Origin: an uncultured Pirellulaceae bacterium | Lineage (GTDB): Bacteria > Planctomycetota > Planctomycetia > Pirellulales > Pirellulaceae | Reading direction: 5' to 3' | DNA length: 39,173 nucleotides | Assembly: GCA_964389585.1 (NCBI GenBank) | Contig: CAYMFZ010000002.1 | Coordinates: forward strand, 6,111-45,283 | Shown: one piece after another, positions 38,818 through 39,173 of the stretch | How positions within the stretch are numbered: the first letter of the stretch is position 1 | How the letters are laid out: each line of letters starts with the position of its first letter | Position numbers and translations under genes: made by a program | Notes under the pieces: model-generated | The model's input: only the letters and a program-made list of their open reading frames with translations | The model's database searches: none | Told to the model about the DNA's origin: nothing

Positions 38818-39118
38818 GTTTTTTAGCTGATAGACAAGAATCCGTTGGAAAGTCTATCAGCTTTTGAGGCAAGATTAACATGGAGAAGAAGTTTTTGGCT
38901 TCAAGCCGAATCAGTTAGATCCAAAAAGTTTGTCAAATTTTGGGAAAGTGTCTTAGGCTTCCAGCCTGAGGGATTCTCAATTGGTAACGCCAAAAGTCCT
39001 TGCCGGTTTTCAATGAACCTACCAGCGGCGAGACAACAACACCATTCGACAGGTGAACCAAATTTGATAAGATCACTCGTCTTGTTATCGCCCAATCTCA
39101 ATGGGCAATTAGAAACAA

Positions 39119-39173
39119 GGGCCAGTAGCTCAGTTGGTTAGAGCAGGGGACTCATAATCCCTTTGTCGCGGGT
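39119..39173 (+). tRNA. tRNA with CAU anticodon, probably tRNA-Ile2 (lysidine), 3' end outside the window
   Basis: GGGCCAG TA GCTCAGTTGGTTAGAGC A GGGGA-CTCATAA-TCCCT; anticodon at 39153..39155. The arm resembles Ile2 tRNAs (GACTCATAATC) and lacks the initiator features. Confidence 0.88.

Noticed and set aside
38845-39141. 98-aa ORF or integration site before the tRNA
   Set aside because: The ORF overlaps the tRNA. No integrase or att duplication is visible, and the tRNA 3' end lies outside the window.

Overview
Gene-dense bacterial chromosome window of about 50% GC. It is most likely Planctomycetota (Pirellulaceae-like), inferred from a DUF1559 prepilin-like gene, a stand-alone fhcC, prokaryotic RING-finger proteins and the style of the REP elements. 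It holds housekeeping genes (partial kdgK-like kinase, rsmG, glgX, purM, mobA, partial tRNA with CAU anticodon), two cell-envelope glycosylation clusters, a hybrid histidine kinase with a divergent PAS-LuxR regulator, a sialidase and a fasciclin. The main finding is a large DsbD-like thiol:disulfide interchange gene (minus strand, 26453..29032) that the ORF track splits in two. The break is an in-frame TGA at the first Cys position of the thioredoxin motif (W-[TGA]-A-N-C), followed by a SECIS-like hairpin, so it is a probable UxxC selenoprotein. A stand-alone DsbD-N partner gene lies just upstream. A second hidden feature is an unannotated rod-shaped RNA with a central bubble and its own terminator (about 32366..32540), resembling 6S RNA. 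At least four REP/REPIN-type palindrome families and three tandem repeats occupy intergenic spaces, and some supply stop codons or C-terminal residues to neighbouring genes. All calls come from reading the sequence by eye; no searches or folding programs were run.
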